A stretch of DNA of 64,000 bases, from contig CAWBDD010000015.1 in assembly GCA_963787465.1 (NCBI GenBank), positions 86,619 to 150,618 on the forward strand. The letters are read 5' to 3'. The position numbers and the translations under genes were made by a program. The notes beneath the pieces were generated by a model, which saw only the letters and a program-made list of their open reading frames with translations, had not been told where the DNA came from and made no database searches. Of this stretch, positions 9,795 to 20,270 are shown in pieces (positions within the stretch are counted from its first letter, which is position 1; each line of letters starts with the position of its first letter). Source of the DNA: an uncultured Thermoplasmata archaeon. Its GTDB lineage: Archaea; Thermoplasmatota; Thermoplasmata; UBA10834.

Positions 9795-11831
9795 TCAGCG
9801 GGCGCGATCGAGCCTGACGAGGCCAGCGCGCTCCATGTCACGCATCATTCTCAGCATGACCGCGCTGTCCGTCGGGCCGAACTCCGCGGAGACGGTGCGG
9901 ACAATCTCGTGGATGCTGCGCCTCCCGTCGGTGAAGTTCAGCACCTCGTAGACCTTCCTCGAGAAGTCCCTGTCCTTCGATTCCACGCCATCGTACCAGG
10001 AGGCCCGGTCCTCGCCTGCCCTGTCCATGAAAGTGTCCCATGAGAGCGTTCCCTTGAACCTCCTCTTCGGGACCAGCCCTCTTGATTCGCGCTCGGCCTT
10101 CGATTCCGAAGGCCTGGCGGGCAGGGTGATGTCGAGCTCATCCTCCGCGAGATCGACCATCTCCCTCAGGCACTCGAGCTCCATCTCACCCTGCGCGGCC
10201 ACGGCCTTCATCCTCTTGTCCACGTGCGCTCTGAGCACGCGGTCGTCGGCCAGCCTGAGGACCGACCTGACCGCCTCCTGTTCCCTCCAGGTCACGTGCT
10301 CAATCCGCATCTTGTGGAAGTCCACCGCTCTCGATATCTCCTCCGCCTTGGACCGTTCGCCCATGAGGTGAAGCATCTGCGCCGCGGCCTCGCGCCCGGT
10401 CATCGCCAGCCTGGCCATTCCCCTCGTGTGGGTCTCGTTGGCCATGCGGAGCCCCGTCCGCCTGTCCGCGTCGGCCATCGTGAGTAGCCCGACCGCTGTC
10501 ATCCATCCCACTCTTGCCAGGCTCTCCTCGCTGACCTTGTCGATGGTGTCCATGCTGGTGTGGTAGAATCTGTCCGGCCACTGGACGAGCCCTACACACG
10601 GGATCCCGAAGGTGGCTTCGCAGAGCTCCGCGTAGTCGCTCCCGCCACTGTACTGCGAGACTGCCGTCCTGTAGGTCCCGGCCCAGCCGTGCTCCGAGTG
10701 TGGGTTGAAGAGCGTGTTCTGCTCGTCCAGGAGTGATTCCATGAGGTCGTTCAGGAAAGAGGGGACCGAGTCGGGCGTGCGTTCGAGGGTGAGAGTCGAA
10801 CCGCACTTCTGCTGGTCCTCGCCGACCATGTCCATGTTGATGCCCGCCACGACGCTGTTCCTGAGCTCCTCGTGGTCGGCCAGGTACGCCGTGATCCCGA
10901 GGGTCTCCGGCACCCACAGCAACCTGATGGTCCTCCGTGGACGTTCGATCCTCTTTGATTCGATCAGCCTGACGATGGTCCTCGCGACCTCGAGTAGGAG
11001 CCCGCTCCCGGACGCGTTGTCGTTGGCGCTCGGCTTCGGATGGCATAGGTGCGCCATGCCGACGACCTCCTGGTCTGGGAGCTCCCGCCCCTTGATGGTC
11101 GCGACCACGACCTCCTCCTTTCCAGGGAAGAGTTCGGCATCCACCGTCGCCCTGAGCCTGACCTTCTTGCCGGACCGGAGGAGCGCCCTCAGATCGTTCC
11201 CCTGGCGCTTGCTCAACGAGAACCCGAAGGTCATCTTCGCCTTCTCCGCGGCCGTCGGCCACAGACCCTGATAAGCATGTGCATCGGGGACATCGAGGTG
11301 TTCGCGGACACCCTTGATCTCGTAGCTGAGACCGTCGGTGAGGATCCCTGCGGCACCGCGCCGCATCACTGCCTCTATCATGACCCTCCGGCCCCTGCCG
11401 CTCGCGAGGACGAGCTTCCCCTTCACCTTCTTGCCCTTGTAGTCGTCGGCCGATGTGCCGTGGCCGACGTCGACGAGATCCGCCTCGACGCCACCCTTCC
11501 TGGTCGCCTGGCTGAATGTGTGCAGTGACTGGGGGATGTCGTCGTAGCTGGCCAGTAGCTTCTCATCTGGCTCCAGGAGCCTCAATTCGGCGGATCTGGC
11601 GGTCCAGCCGATGGGGGAGACGTAGGTCCAGTACATGTGCTTCCCATCGGCCGTGAACTGCTCGATCCGGGCCTCATCCGTCCCGATCTCCTCGAGCTTC
11701 TCCTTGACATAGACGGCGGCCTCGTGGTACATCGTGGACCCCTGGATCCTGTGATATCTGGAGATGTCCGCGACGAACTGTCTCGCTCGGTTCCCTGAGA
11801 GCTCTTCCCTGACCTCGGCGCACCTGTCCAT
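9795..11831 (-). CDS. M28-family zinc aminopeptidase-like protein (DUF4910 type) with a C-terminal winged-helix region.
   Basis: NDNASGSGLLLEVAR and GINMDMVGED metal-binding motifs. Confidence 0.65.
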   Translation of the reverse strand: MDRCAEVREELSGNRARQFVADISRYHRIQGSTMYHEAAVYVKEKLEEIGTDEARIEQFTADGKHMYWTYVSPIGWTARSAELRLLEPDEKLLASYDDIPQSLHTFSQATRKGGVEADLVDVGHGTSADDYKGKKVKGKLVLASGRGRRVMIEAVMRRGAAGILTDGLSYEIKGVREHLDVPDAHAYQGLWPTAAEKAKMTFGFSLSKRQGNDLRALLRSGKKVRLRATVDAELFPGKEEVVVATIKGRELPDQEVVGMAHLCHPKPSANDNASGSGLLLEVARTIVRLIESKRIERPRRTIRLLWVPETLGITAYLADHEELRNSVVAGINMDMVGEDQQKCGSTLTLERTPDSVPSFLNDLMESLLDEQNTLFNPHSEHGWAGTYRTAVSQYSGGSDYAELCEATFGIPCVGLVQWPDRFYHTSMDTIDKVSEESLARVGWMTAVGLLTMADADRRTGLRMANETHTRGMARLAMTGREAAAQMLHLMGERSKAEEISRAVDFHKMRIEHVTWREQEAVRSVLRLADDRVLRAHVDKRMKAVAAQGEMELECLREMVDLAEDELDITLPARPSESKAERESRGLVPKRRFKGTLSWDTFMDRAGEDRASWYDGVESKDRDFSRKVYEVLNFTDGRRSIHEIVRTVSAEFGPTDSAVMLRMMRDMERAGLVRLDRAR

Positions 11832-12029
11832 GTTCCGTCTCCATGATTCGCAAGGTCTCGGACTCTAATTAACTTTTCATGGAATCTCGTGTCCCAGCGT
11901 CCTGACGAGAGCGACCGAGTCGGCAGGATACCCGGGGCATTGCCAGAATGCAAAAGATGATTGCTCCGGGTCCGGCCAAGGGGGAGCCCGAGACCGGCCC
12001 GGATGCGTTTTCGATGGTTTGATCGCGTC

Positions 12030-13346
12030 TCACTCGACGTAGACCTGCGAGAATGCGAACAGGAACTCGTCCCAGTTCGTGTCCGAGACGAAGTCCAGCC
12101 CACAGGTCAGGTAGCTCTCGTAGAGGTGCTCCCAGCAGATCGTGTAGTACACGGACATCCCGTAGGTGTTGATGCACGCACCGCTGTCGGCCACAACCGA
12201 GTCGCAGTACACAACCGCGTCGTCGAGGAGCTTGAAGGTGTTCTCAGCGAGTTCGGCTATCTCCGGTATGTTCTCTCCCAGCTCAGTCACGAACAGCCCG
12301 ATGTCTATGAACGGGAAGTTCTCGTTCATGAACTGCAGCTGGGGCGTCTGAGACTCAGACGACTGTATGGCACCTCGTAGGTAGTAGTCGTCCGCGTATC
12401 CGTACAGCGCTTTGCCCAGGGCGTCCATGCCGCCGTCCGGGTTGTCGACGCCGACCAGGTCCACGACCTTGTCGAGGTCGAAGACGCTGGAGCTCACATA
12501 CGGGAAGCCGCCGATGCCCGCTCCCGCGCAGGTCGCGTAGCTGGATATGTACGCGTCCACCGTCTCGATGCATATCGTCTCGGCATCCTTGTTCTCCAGG
12601 CCAGTAACCGCAGTCAGGAACGCGGTGTAGTCGTAGCCCGTGCCGGGCATCGTCGTAATCGATGCGACCATGTAATCGGCCAGGTCTCTGTTCTCGTAGG
12701 CCACTTCGACCATGCCCATGAAGCACGCGTCGTAGGCGATGATCCCCATGTGCTCACCGGTCGCGGTCAACGCCGACCTGACCTCGTCCATCTCGAGCCT
12801 GTCAGCCTTGCCGCTCGGCAGGAACGAGCTGTCGTCCACGCATATGGCCCACCAGCCACCGCCGTGGTTCCAGAGGTCGAGCATGTAGTTCTCTGCGGGG
12901 GCGTAATCGACTGCCGTCTCGACGAAGTACTTCAGCGTCTCTCCGTCGCCCATGTTGAGCTCGCCTGGGCACTTGTGGTCGGGCGCGATGTCCGCGCAGT
13001 CGCACTTGATGGTGCCGTCATCTAGGATGTGGTCGCTCCCCGGTGTGATGAAGAACCAGTGTGACCCTTCGAAGGATGTGTACCCGTCGAAGAGCACGAT
13101 CACGTTGACTCCTGCGGTCGAGCCTACAGCCTCCATCTCAGCCAGGTCCTGGAACCCGTTGACCTCGAGCGTGTTGTCGGCGTCCAGGTAGACCATGACC
13201 GTCCACTCGGCGTCGGCAATCGGTCCTTCCGACAGCAGCTTCGTGTCGTCAGTCACCGGTGCTGCGAGCGCCAAAGCGCTGGCTGTCAGCAGCATCGTCA
13301 ATGTCACCAGTACTACTCCCGCTAATCTAGCTTGTCTAATCTTCAT
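12030..13346 (-). CDS. Secreted clostripain-like cysteine peptidase (peptidase family C11).
   Basis: N-terminal signal peptide. VMVYLDADNTLE, WNHGGGW and AYDACFMG (His/Cys dyad) motifs. GGGGAGGA lies 4 nt upstream of the ATG. Confidence 0.75.
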   Translation of the reverse strand: MKIRQARLAGVVLVTLTMLLTASALALAAPVTDDTKLLSEGPIADAEWTVMVYLDADNTLEVNGFQDLAEMEAVGSTAGVNVIVLFDGYTSFEGSHWFFITPGSDHILDDGTIKCDCADIAPDHKCPGELNMGDGETLKYFVETAVDYAPAENYMLDLWNHGGGWWAICVDDSSFLPSGKADRLEMDEVRSALTATGEHMGIIAYDACFMGMVEVAYENRDLADYMVASITTMPGTGYDYTAFLTAVTGLENKDAETICIETVDAYISSYATCAGAGIGGFPYVSSSVFDLDKVVDLVGVDNPDGGMDALGKALYGYADDYYLRGAIQSSESQTPQLQFMNENFPFIDIGLFVTELGENIPEIAELAENTFKLLDDAVVYCDSVVADSGACINTYGMSVYYTICWEHLYESYLTCGLDFVSDTNWDEFLFAFSQVYVE

Positions 13347-13496
13347 AATCCTCCCCTCGCTGAGGGTGATTCGGTCTTTACGCTAAATAACGGTTATGGT
13401 GGCCCGGCGTCATGGGCGCAGGAGTGGGCGTGAACCATCCATCCGAGAATCACTTCGGCCCGACTGAAGGTGTGGGGCGGCTTGGTGGATTGAGAG

Positions 13497-13570
13497 TGGG
13501 GTAGGCCGGATTTGAACCGACGGTCACGTGGTCCCGAACCACGGATCATACCAAGCTAGACCACTACCCC
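13497..13570 (-). tRNA. tRNA-Pro(CGG).
   Basis: Folded by hand. Acceptor stem GGGGTAG/CTACCCC, anticodon stem CGTGG/CCACG, loop TTCGGGA, variable loop TGACC, T-arm GTCGG-TTCAAAT-CCGGC, discriminator A. Confidence 0.75.
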
Positions 13571-13810
13571 ATCCTGTCCGGGTGGATGGGGGATAGAATG
13601 GGGGCCTTATTTATTCCTAGTGCAGACGGTGCCGTCGGTGGCGCCTGAGTCCCTCGTGCCTCTTTCAGGAGCATGGCGGTGCCTGCGTTTGCACCGCGTA
13701 TCACCCCCCACGCGGGCCTCGCGAGCGGGCACGTGGGCGCGTGATTCGGGGCTATCGGCGGATGACTGGCCAAGTGGGTTCGGCTTTTGCCGTTTAGTCG
13801 GTACGGCAAC

Positions 13811-13820
13811 TATTTATAGA
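13811..13820 (+). promoter_or_regulatory. Archaeal TATA box (TATTTATAGA) serving the XRE regulator and mevalonate operon. The implied transcript is leaderless or has a very short leader.
   Basis: AT-rich hexamer about 25-30 nt upstream of the ATG at 13842 in otherwise GC-rich DNA. Confidence 0.5.
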
Positions 13821-13841
13821 GTGCTCGTCGCTCAGCCGGAC

Positions 13842-14525
13842 ATGCGCGACCAGGTGAGGGAGAAGATCGCCGGGGAGATATGCCTCTCCGAAGAGCCTGG
13901 CAAGACGATACGGAAGTGGAGGGAGCAGTTCTTCATCTCCCAACAGGAGCTGTCGAAGCATCTTGGGGTCTCCCCTTCGGTCATAAGCGACTATGAGGCG
14001 GGGCGCAGGAAGTCCCCGGGGATCGTCACCATCCGCAAGATCGTCGATTCGTTCCTGGACATCGACGAGCACAACGGCGGCAAGGTCCTGAAGCAGTACT
14101 CACTCGCGGCGAAGACGGATTCGATCATATCCATAAAGGAATACTCGCATGAGGTCCTCGCGTCCGAACTGGTGGGCAGTATCGACGGTGAGAACCTGAC
14201 ACCCGCCATCGACCTCGACAGGCACATCCACGGTTACACGGTCATCGACAGCGTGAGGGCGATAACCTCGCTGAACTCATTCGACTACCTCAAGATATAC
14301 GGCTGGAGCAGCCAGCGCGCGCTCGTGTTCACGGGCGTGCGGTTCGGCCGCTCCCCCATGATCGCCATCAGGGCGCACCCGCTGAAGCCCGCGATGGTGG
14401 TCTACCAGAAACCCGAACAGGTGGACGAGCTGGCTATCCGACTGGCGGAGCTTGAAGGCCTCCCGCTGGTCAGGACCGAGCTCGGGACCAGTGACCTGGT
14501 CGAGAAGCTGAATGCGCTTGGTTGA
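13842..14525 (+). CDS. HTH XRE-family transcriptional regulator associated with the archaeal mevalonate operon.
   Basis: QQELSKHLGVSPSVISDYEAGRRKSP helix-turn-helix. The internal ATG start is preferred over the ORF-track start at 13620. Confidence 0.7.
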   Translation: MRDQVREKIAGEICLSEEPGKTIRKWREQFFISQQELSKHLGVSPSVISDYEAGRRKSPGIVTIRKIVDSFLDIDEHNGGKVLKQYSLAAKTDSIISIKEYSHEVLASELVGSIDGENLTPAIDLDRHIHGYTVIDSVRAITSLNSFDYLKIYGWSSQRALVFTGVRFGRSPMIAIRAHPLKPAMVVYQKPEQVDELAIRLAELEGLPLVRTELGTSDLVEKLNALG

Positions 14526-14543
14526 GGTCAAGGTGGAGATACT

Positions 14544-15596
14544 ATGAATGTAGGGATCGTGAGCTACGGAGCATATGTGCCGAGATACCGGATCGCGCCC
14601 GAGGAGATTGGGAAGGTCTGGGGAGTGGATGGAAAGGCCATGGGCAAGGGGCTGATGATTCAAGGGAAGTCGGTCCCGGCCCCCGACGAGGACACGATAA
14701 CCATTTCGGTCGAGGCTGCCAGGAACATGATGAGGCGCTCGTCCGTCGACCCCAAAGACATCGGTGCCCTCTACGTCGGTTCGGAATCGCATCCATACGC
14801 GGTCAAGCCGACGGGGACGATAGTGGCAGAGGCCATCGAGGCGGCGCCGAATCTGACCGTCGCCGACCTGGAGTTCGCGTGCAAGGCGGGGACCGCAGGC
14901 ATACAGGTGTGCATGGGCCTCGTCGGCGCCGGCATGGTGAAGTACGGCGTCGCGATCGGGGCCGACACGTCGCAGGGCGCCCCGGGAGACGCCCTCGAGT
15001 ACTCTGCCTCCGCGGGGGGCGCGGCGTTCCTCATCGGGAGCGAGAAGGTGATAGCGCGCATCGACCACACCTACTCGTACACGACCGATACGCCAGACTT
15101 CTGGAGGCGGGAGGGGCAGATGTACCCCAGGCACGGAGGGAGATTCACGGGCGAGCCCGCTTACTTCAAGCACATCGTGAGCGGCGCCAAGGGGCTCATG
15201 GAGCGGATCGGGGCGAGCCCGAAGGACTTCGTGCACGCCGTCTTCCACCAGCCGAACGGGAAGTTCCCTACGAGGGTCGCTAAGCAGCTCGGGTTCACCG
15301 AGGAGCAGATCAAGCTCGGCCTGGTGGTCACGCAGATCGGCAACACCTACTCCGGGGCGGTCCCGCTGGGGCTCGCGGCCATACTGGATGAGGCGAAGCC
15401 GGGCGACAGGATATTCGCCGTCGCCTACGGGTCCGGCGCCGGCTCCGACGCGTTCGACATCACGGTGACGGACGAGATGGCGTCCTTCAAGAGGGAGATG
15501 GCGCCGACAATCAAGCAGCTCATATCGAACCCGAAGTTCCTGGATTATGCGACCTACGCCAAGTTCAGGGGCAAGATCCTTCTGGGGAGTGAGTGA
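14544..15596 (+). CDS. Hydroxymethylglutaryl-CoA synthase (archaeal type).
   Basis: N-terminal [15 protein letters not shown] and a thiolase-like fold. First gene of the HMGCS/thiolase/DUF35 triad. Confidence 0.85.
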   Translation: MNVGIVSYGAYVPRYRIAPEEIGKVWGVDGKAMGKGLMIQGKSVPAPDEDTITISVEAARNMMRRSSVDPKDIGALYVGSESHPYAVKPTGTIVAEAIEAAPNLTVADLEFACKAGTAGIQVCMGLVGAGMVKYGVAIGADTSQGAPGDALEYSASAGGAAFLIGSEKVIARIDHTYSYTTDTPDFWRREGQMYPRHGGRFTGEPAYFKHIVSGAKGLMERIGASPKDFVHAVFHQPNGKFPTRVAKQLGFTEEQIKLGLVVTQIGNTYSGAVPLGLAAILDEAKPGDRIFAVAYGSGAGSDAFDITVTDEMASFKREMAPTIKQLISNPKFLDYATYAKFRGKILLGSE

Positions 15597-16765
15597 ACAT
15601 GAGACGTGTGGCAGTCATAGGTGTGGGGGACACGGAGTTCGGTGAGCTCTGGGACTCCTCGTTCAGGGATATTGGGATAAAGGCCGGTCTGGCGGCCGTC
15701 GCCGACGCCAACATCAGCGCAGAGATGATCGACGCGCTGTACGTCGGCAACATGTCAGCTGGCCGGTTCATAGACCAGGAGCACATCGGCGCGCTCATAG
15801 CGGACTACGCCGGCTTGGCGAGGGATCACATCCCCGCAACCAGGGTCGAGGCGGCTGGCGCGTCCGGAGGTCTCGCGCTCAGACAGGGGTTCATGGCGGT
15901 CGCGTCGGGTCTCCACGACATAGTCGTTGTCGGAGGCGCCGAGAAGATGACCGACGTCAGCGATGTGGAGTCGGCTATGATCCAGTCGTCGGCGGCGGAC
16001 CAGGAGTGGGAGACCATCCTTGGAGCGACCTTCCCGAGCCTGTACGCCATGATCGCGACACGGCACATGCACCAGCATGGGACGACGCGCGAGCAGATCG
16101 CGGATGTGGCGGTGAAGAACCACAAGCACGGCTCGCTGAACCCGAAGGCCCAGTTCCAGAGGCCCATAACGAGGGAGACCGTCCTCGGCTCGCCCATGGT
16201 CGCATCCCCTCTGAGGGTGTTCGACTGCGCGCCCAGCTCGGACGGGGCTGCGGCCGTTGTGCTGTGCCCGCTCGACCACGCGAAGAAGTACACTGACCTG
16301 TCCGTGGAGATCATCGGGTCGGGCCAGGCGAGCGACACACTGTCGCTGCATCACCGCAGGGACATCACTACCATGGACGCAACAAGGGTGGCCGCAGAGC
16401 GCGCGTTCAAGATGGCGGGCGTGACGCAGAAGGACGTGGACGTGGCCGAGGTGCATGACAACTTCACCATAAGCGAGATACTGGCCATCGAGGACCTGGG
16501 ATTCTTCCCCAAGGGCGAGGGTGGCAAGGCGACGGAGGCGGGGAAGACCGGCCTCGAGGGCGAGGTCGCGGTGAACTCCTCGGGCGGCCTGAAGGCGAGG
16601 GGTGACCCGATCGGGGCGACTGGGCTTGCCCAGACCGTGGAGATAGTGACCCAGCTGCGCGGGAACGCCGGCAAGAGACAGGTCAAGGACGCGTCGGTCG
16701 GTCTCACGCACAACGTCGGAGGGACCGGCGCTACCGTGGTCGTCCACATATTCAGGAGGGCGTAG
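15593..16765 (+). CDS. Acetyl-CoA C-acetyltransferase (thiolase).
   Basis: Thiolase motifs. Its start overlaps the HMGCS stop by 4 nt. Confidence 0.85.
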   Translation: MNMRRVAVIGVGDTEFGELWDSSFRDIGIKAGLAAVADANISAEMIDALYVGNMSAGRFIDQEHIGALIADYAGLARDHIPATRVEAAGASGGLALRQGFMAVASGLHDIVVVGGAEKMTDVSDVESAMIQSSAADQEWETILGATFPSLYAMIATRHMHQHGTTREQIADVAVKNHKHGSLNPKAQFQRPITRETVLGSPMVASPLRVFDCAPSSDGAAAVVLCPLDHAKKYTDLSVEIIGSGQASDTLSLHHRRDITTMDATRVAAERAFKMAGVTQKDVDVAEVHDNFTISEILAIEDLGFFPKGEGGKATEAGKTGLEGEVAVNSSGGLKARGDPIGATGLAQTVEIVTQLRGNAGKRQVKDASVGLTHNVGGTGATVVVHIFRRA

Positions 16766-16767
16766 AC

Positions 16768-17187
16768 ATGGCGACAGCACCGAGATACTGGCGTGAGAAC
16801 CCGAGCAGGTACAACCTTCTGGGCTTCAAGTGCAACAGCTGCGGTAAGACATACTTCCCCCCGAGGGCGATATGCCCGGTCTGCCACAGGAAGAGCGTGG
16901 GCAAGATGGAGCCGGTGAAGCTCAAGGGCGAGGGCGCGATATTCGCATTCTCAGAGGTCCATGAAGGCCTCGAGGAGCTCTCGATGCAGAGACCGTACGT
17001 CATCGCGATGATCGAGCTCGACGAGGGCCTCAAGGTGACGGGGCAGGTCATAGACTGCGACCCGTGTGACCTGAGGATAGGCACGCGCGTGCGCGCGTCG
17101 ATGAGGAAGCTGAGCGAGGAGGGCCCGTCGGGGATCATCCACTACGGCTACAAGTTCGTCCCTGTCCAGGCAGCACCTCCGAAGTGA
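16768..17187 (+). CDS. DUF35 OB-fold / zinc-ribbon protein, a scaffold partner of thiolase/HMGCS.
   Basis: CNSCGKTYFPPRAICPVCH zinc ribbon. Conserved position after the thiolase gene. Confidence 0.8.
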   Translation: MATAPRYWRENPSRYNLLGFKCNSCGKTYFPPRAICPVCHRKSVGKMEPVKLKGEGAIFAFSEVHEGLEELSMQRPYVIAMIELDEGLKVTGQVIDCDPCDLRIGTRVRASMRKLSEEGPSGIIHYGYKFVPVQAAPPK

Positions 17188-17253
17188 TCCGGTGGTTACC
17201 TCAGGTATAGATACCTGCATGCGATTAGAGGAGCGTCTCCAGGCGGGCTGAAC

Positions 17254-18807
17254 ATGGCGGCCAAGGATGAGGACCATAGGGGCAGAGTGACGGTCGACGG
17301 TTCATCGCTCACGATCGATTCGGTCGTGCGCGTTGCGAGGGGTGGTGCCGAGGCTGCGCTATCGGCGGACGCATCAGCTCGCATGACGCGCGCGCGCGAC
17401 GCTCTAGAGAAGAAGGTCGAGACCGGGGAGACGATATACGCGGTCAACACAGGCGTCGGAGACCTCGTGGACGTCAGGATACCGCACGAGGACCTTCGGG
17501 CGCTCCAGATCAATCTCCTCAGGAGCCATGCGTGCGGCGTGGGCGACCCCTACCCTGCCGAGGTCGTCAGGGGCATGATGCTGCTCCGGGCGAACGCTCT
17601 CGCAAAGGGCTTTTCGGGCGTCAGAGCCGAGGTGGCAGGCATGTTCCTGGATATGCTCAACCGCCAGGTGCATCCAAGGATCCCGCGGCAGGGATCAGTC
17701 GGGTCGAGCGGCGACCTCGCGATGCTCGCGCACATGGGCCTTGTGCTCATCGGCGAGGGCGAAGCGGACTCGGGTGCCGGCTTCGAACCAGCCTCGAAGG
17801 CCCTCGAGAGGAAGGGGCTCAGGCCGCTGGTGCTCGGCCCCAAGGAGGCCATCTCCATCATCAACGGCACGCAGGCCATGACCGCCCTTGGCGCGCTGGC
17901 GGTCAGGGACTCGGCCAACCTCGTGGACAACGCGCAGGTTGTCGCCGCCCTGTCCCTGGAGGCGCTGAAGGGGACGGCGACGGCCTTCGACGAGCGGATA
18001 TCGAAGGTCAGGCCGCATGCCGGCCAGGTGAAGGTCGCCAGGAACATGACCTCGATGCTCGTGGGGAGCGACATCATGCTCTCCCACAAGCACTGCTCCA
18101 AGGTGCAGGACGCTTACACGCTCCGCTGCATCCCCCAGGTCATGGGGGCGAGCATGACGGCCGTGGCCCACGCGAGGGATGTGGTCCAGGTCGAGATGAA
18201 TTCGGCCACCGACAACCCGCTCTTCTTCCCGGACGACGGCCTGGTCGTCTCCGGCGGCAACTTCCACGGACAACCGGTCGCGCTCGTCATGGACTATCTC
18301 GGACTCGCGGTGCACGAACTCGGAAGCTTCTCGGAGAGGCGCACGGCGAGGCTCGTCGACCACAAGCTCAGCGGACTGCCCGCCTTCCTGACTGGGCACG
18401 GCGGCGTCAGCTCCGGGATGATGGTCCCGCAGTACGTGGCGGCCTCCATCGTGTCTGAGAACAAGGTGCTCGTCCACCCGGCGTCCGCGGATTCCATCCC
18501 GACCAGCGCGAACCAGGAGGACCACAACAGCATGGGGACGACCGGAGCGTGGAAGGCGCGGACGATCATCGAGAACGTGAGCAAGGTCATGGCCATCGAG
18601 CTCATCGCGGCGGCGCAGGGCCTCGATTTCATACAGCAGCGGTCCAGCCCGCCCGTCGAGAAGGTCAGAGCGGTTCTGAGGGCCAAGGTCCCGACGCTGC
18701 AGGCCGACCGGTCGCTCTCGGCCGAGATAGAGGCGGTCGCGCGCATGGTCACCGAGGGCGTGTTCGTGGGCGCCGTCGAGGCTGAGTGCGCCTTCGAGCG
18801 CGCGTGA
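17254..18807 (+). CDS. hutH: Histidine (aromatic amino acid) ammonia-lyase, MIO-dependent.
   Basis: GSVGSSGDLAMLAH MIO region, NxxxxTGxGD region and overall HAL/PAL architecture. Confidence 0.8.
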   Translation: MAAKDEDHRGRVTVDGSSLTIDSVVRVARGGAEAALSADASARMTRARDALEKKVETGETIYAVNTGVGDLVDVRIPHEDLRALQINLLRSHACGVGDPYPAEVVRGMMLLRANALAKGFSGVRAEVAGMFLDMLNRQVHPRIPRQGSVGSSGDLAMLAHMGLVLIGEGEADSGAGFEPASKALERKGLRPLVLGPKEAISIINGTQAMTALGALAVRDSANLVDNAQVVAALSLEALKGTATAFDERISKVRPHAGQVKVARNMTSMLVGSDIMLSHKHCSKVQDAYTLRCIPQVMGASMTAVAHARDVVQVEMNSATDNPLFFPDDGLVVSGGNFHGQPVALVMDYLGLAVHELGSFSERRTARLVDHKLSGLPAFLTGHGGVSSGMMVPQYVAASIVSENKVLVHPASADSIPTSANQEDHNSMGTTGAWKARTIIENVSKVMAIELIAAAQGLDFIQQRSSPPVEKVRAVLRAKVPTLQADRSLSAEIEAVARMVTEGVFVGAVEAECAFERA

Positions 18808-18870
18808 ACCCGGACTTCGCAAGATTAAACATCATGCATCCCCTTCACCACCACTTCCAGGAGGGATCGC

Positions 18871-20265
18871 GTGGAGGACATAGCAGTCAAGGCGGTCGAG
18901 CACGCCAGGAAGCTCGGCGCGGAGTTCGCCGACATCCGGGCAGAGAATGTCACTGGCACGAACATCGTCGTCATGGATGGGAAGACGAAGACGATCGCGT
19001 CGCTCGTCGAGTCCGGATGCGGTATCCGCGCCTTCATCGGAGGGGGCTGGGGGTTCGCGGTCACCAACGACCTTGGGCAGAGCCACGTCAAGAAGGCAGC
19101 AGAGGCCGCGGTCAAGATGGCTCGTGCCTCGAGCTCGAAGGCGAAGGTCAAGTTCCGAATCCCAGAGCGGAGGGGGCTCAGGAAGACCGAGGTCTACAAG
19201 TGCAGGGAGCGTCCGAGCGAGGTGCGCGTCGAGGACAAGATCGCGTTCGCACTGGAGCAGGACGGGCTCATGCGCAGGGCGGATCCGCGGATCAAGAGCA
19301 CCAACGCCAGGTACGACGACCTGGAGGGGGAGCGCGTGGTGGCGAACTCCTTCGGGACGGTGGTGCGGACCAGAGAGACCTGGACGCTCGGCGCGTGCTC
19401 GGCCTGGGCGCGGTCAGACGGGATCATGCAGAGGGGTCACGACGCGGTCGGCAACGTCGGCGGGTACGAGTTGATGAGTACTAAGGGAGCACTTGCGATC
19501 GGCGACAAGGCCGCGTCCATGGCTCTGAGGCTCCTGAACAGCAAGCCCCCGCCAGCGGGCAACTTCACCTGCGTCCTCGACAGCAAGCTGACCGGCTTGA
19601 TGGCCCATGAGGCGTTCGGGCACGCATGCGAGGCGGACGCCGTCCTCGCTGGCGCGTGCGTCCTTGAGGGGAAGCTCGGCCAGGTGGTCGCCGATGAACA
19701 GGTCTCTCTCATAGACGACCCGACGATCGAGGGCACCTTCGGATACTTCGGATACGATTGGGAGGGAGTGAAGTCGTCGAGGCATGTGCTCATAGAGAAC
19801 GGGGTGCTGAAAGGGCTCATGCACAACCTCGAGACGAGCGCCAGGATGGGTGTCCCGACCAACGGGGCTGCCAGGTCGCAGGCGTTCAACAGCCCGCCGA
19901 TCATCCGGATGAGCAACACGTTCATCGCGCCGGGCGGATGGAAGAGGGACGAGGTCATCGAGGAGACGAGGAACGGACTGCTCGCGGTCGGCGCCCAGAA
20001 CGGATATGTCGAACCCGCCAAGGGCCAGTTCATGTTCAGGTGCGACGAGGCGTACGAGATCAAGGACGGGGAGGTCGGGAAGATGTTCAGGGATGCGTCG
20101 CTCTCCGGTGTCATACTCGAGGTCCTGAAGAACGTCAAGTGCGTCGCGAGCGACTTCAGGCTGGGCGACCCTGGCTACTGCGGGAAGGGCGGACAGACCG
20201 CCCGCACGACGGATGGCGGACCTCACATGTGCATCACGGACATCGTAGTGGCGGGGCTCGCGTAG
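18871..20265 (+). CDS. tldD: Metalloprotease TldD.
   Basis: HEAFGHACEAD motif. PmbA partner gene lies 5 nt downstream. Confidence 0.8.
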   Translation: MEDIAVKAVEHARKLGAEFADIRAENVTGTNIVVMDGKTKTIASLVESGCGIRAFIGGGWGFAVTNDLGQSHVKKAAEAAVKMARASSSKAKVKFRIPERRGLRKTEVYKCRERPSEVRVEDKIAFALEQDGLMRRADPRIKSTNARYDDLEGERVVANSFGTVVRTRETWTLGACSAWARSDGIMQRGHDAVGNVGGYELMSTKGALAIGDKAASMALRLLNSKPPPAGNFTCVLDSKLTGLMAHEAFGHACEADAVLAGACVLEGKLGQVVADEQVSLIDDPTIEGTFGYFGYDWEGVKSSRHVLIENGVLKGLMHNLETSARMGVPTNGAARSQAFNSPPIIRMSNTFIAPGGWKRDEVIEETRNGLLAVGAQNGYVEPAKGQFMFRCDEAYEIKDGEVGKMFRDASLSGVILEVLKNVKCVASDFRLGDPGYCGKGGQTARTTDGGPHMCITDIVVAGLA

Positions 20266-20270
20266 GGGTG

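Noticed and set aside
9838-11262. ORFs of 60-320 aa in both strands inside the M28 peptidase gene.
   Set aside because: They lie within a clearly conserved coding gene and have compositional bias (R/G/P-rich). They are not independent genes.
19758-20270. A 171-aa N-terminal extension of the PmbA ORF overlapping tldD.
   Set aside because: The extension is in a different frame to tldD and is R/G/H-rich. The conserved PmbA sequence starts at the ATGATGATG at 20271, right after the tldD stop.
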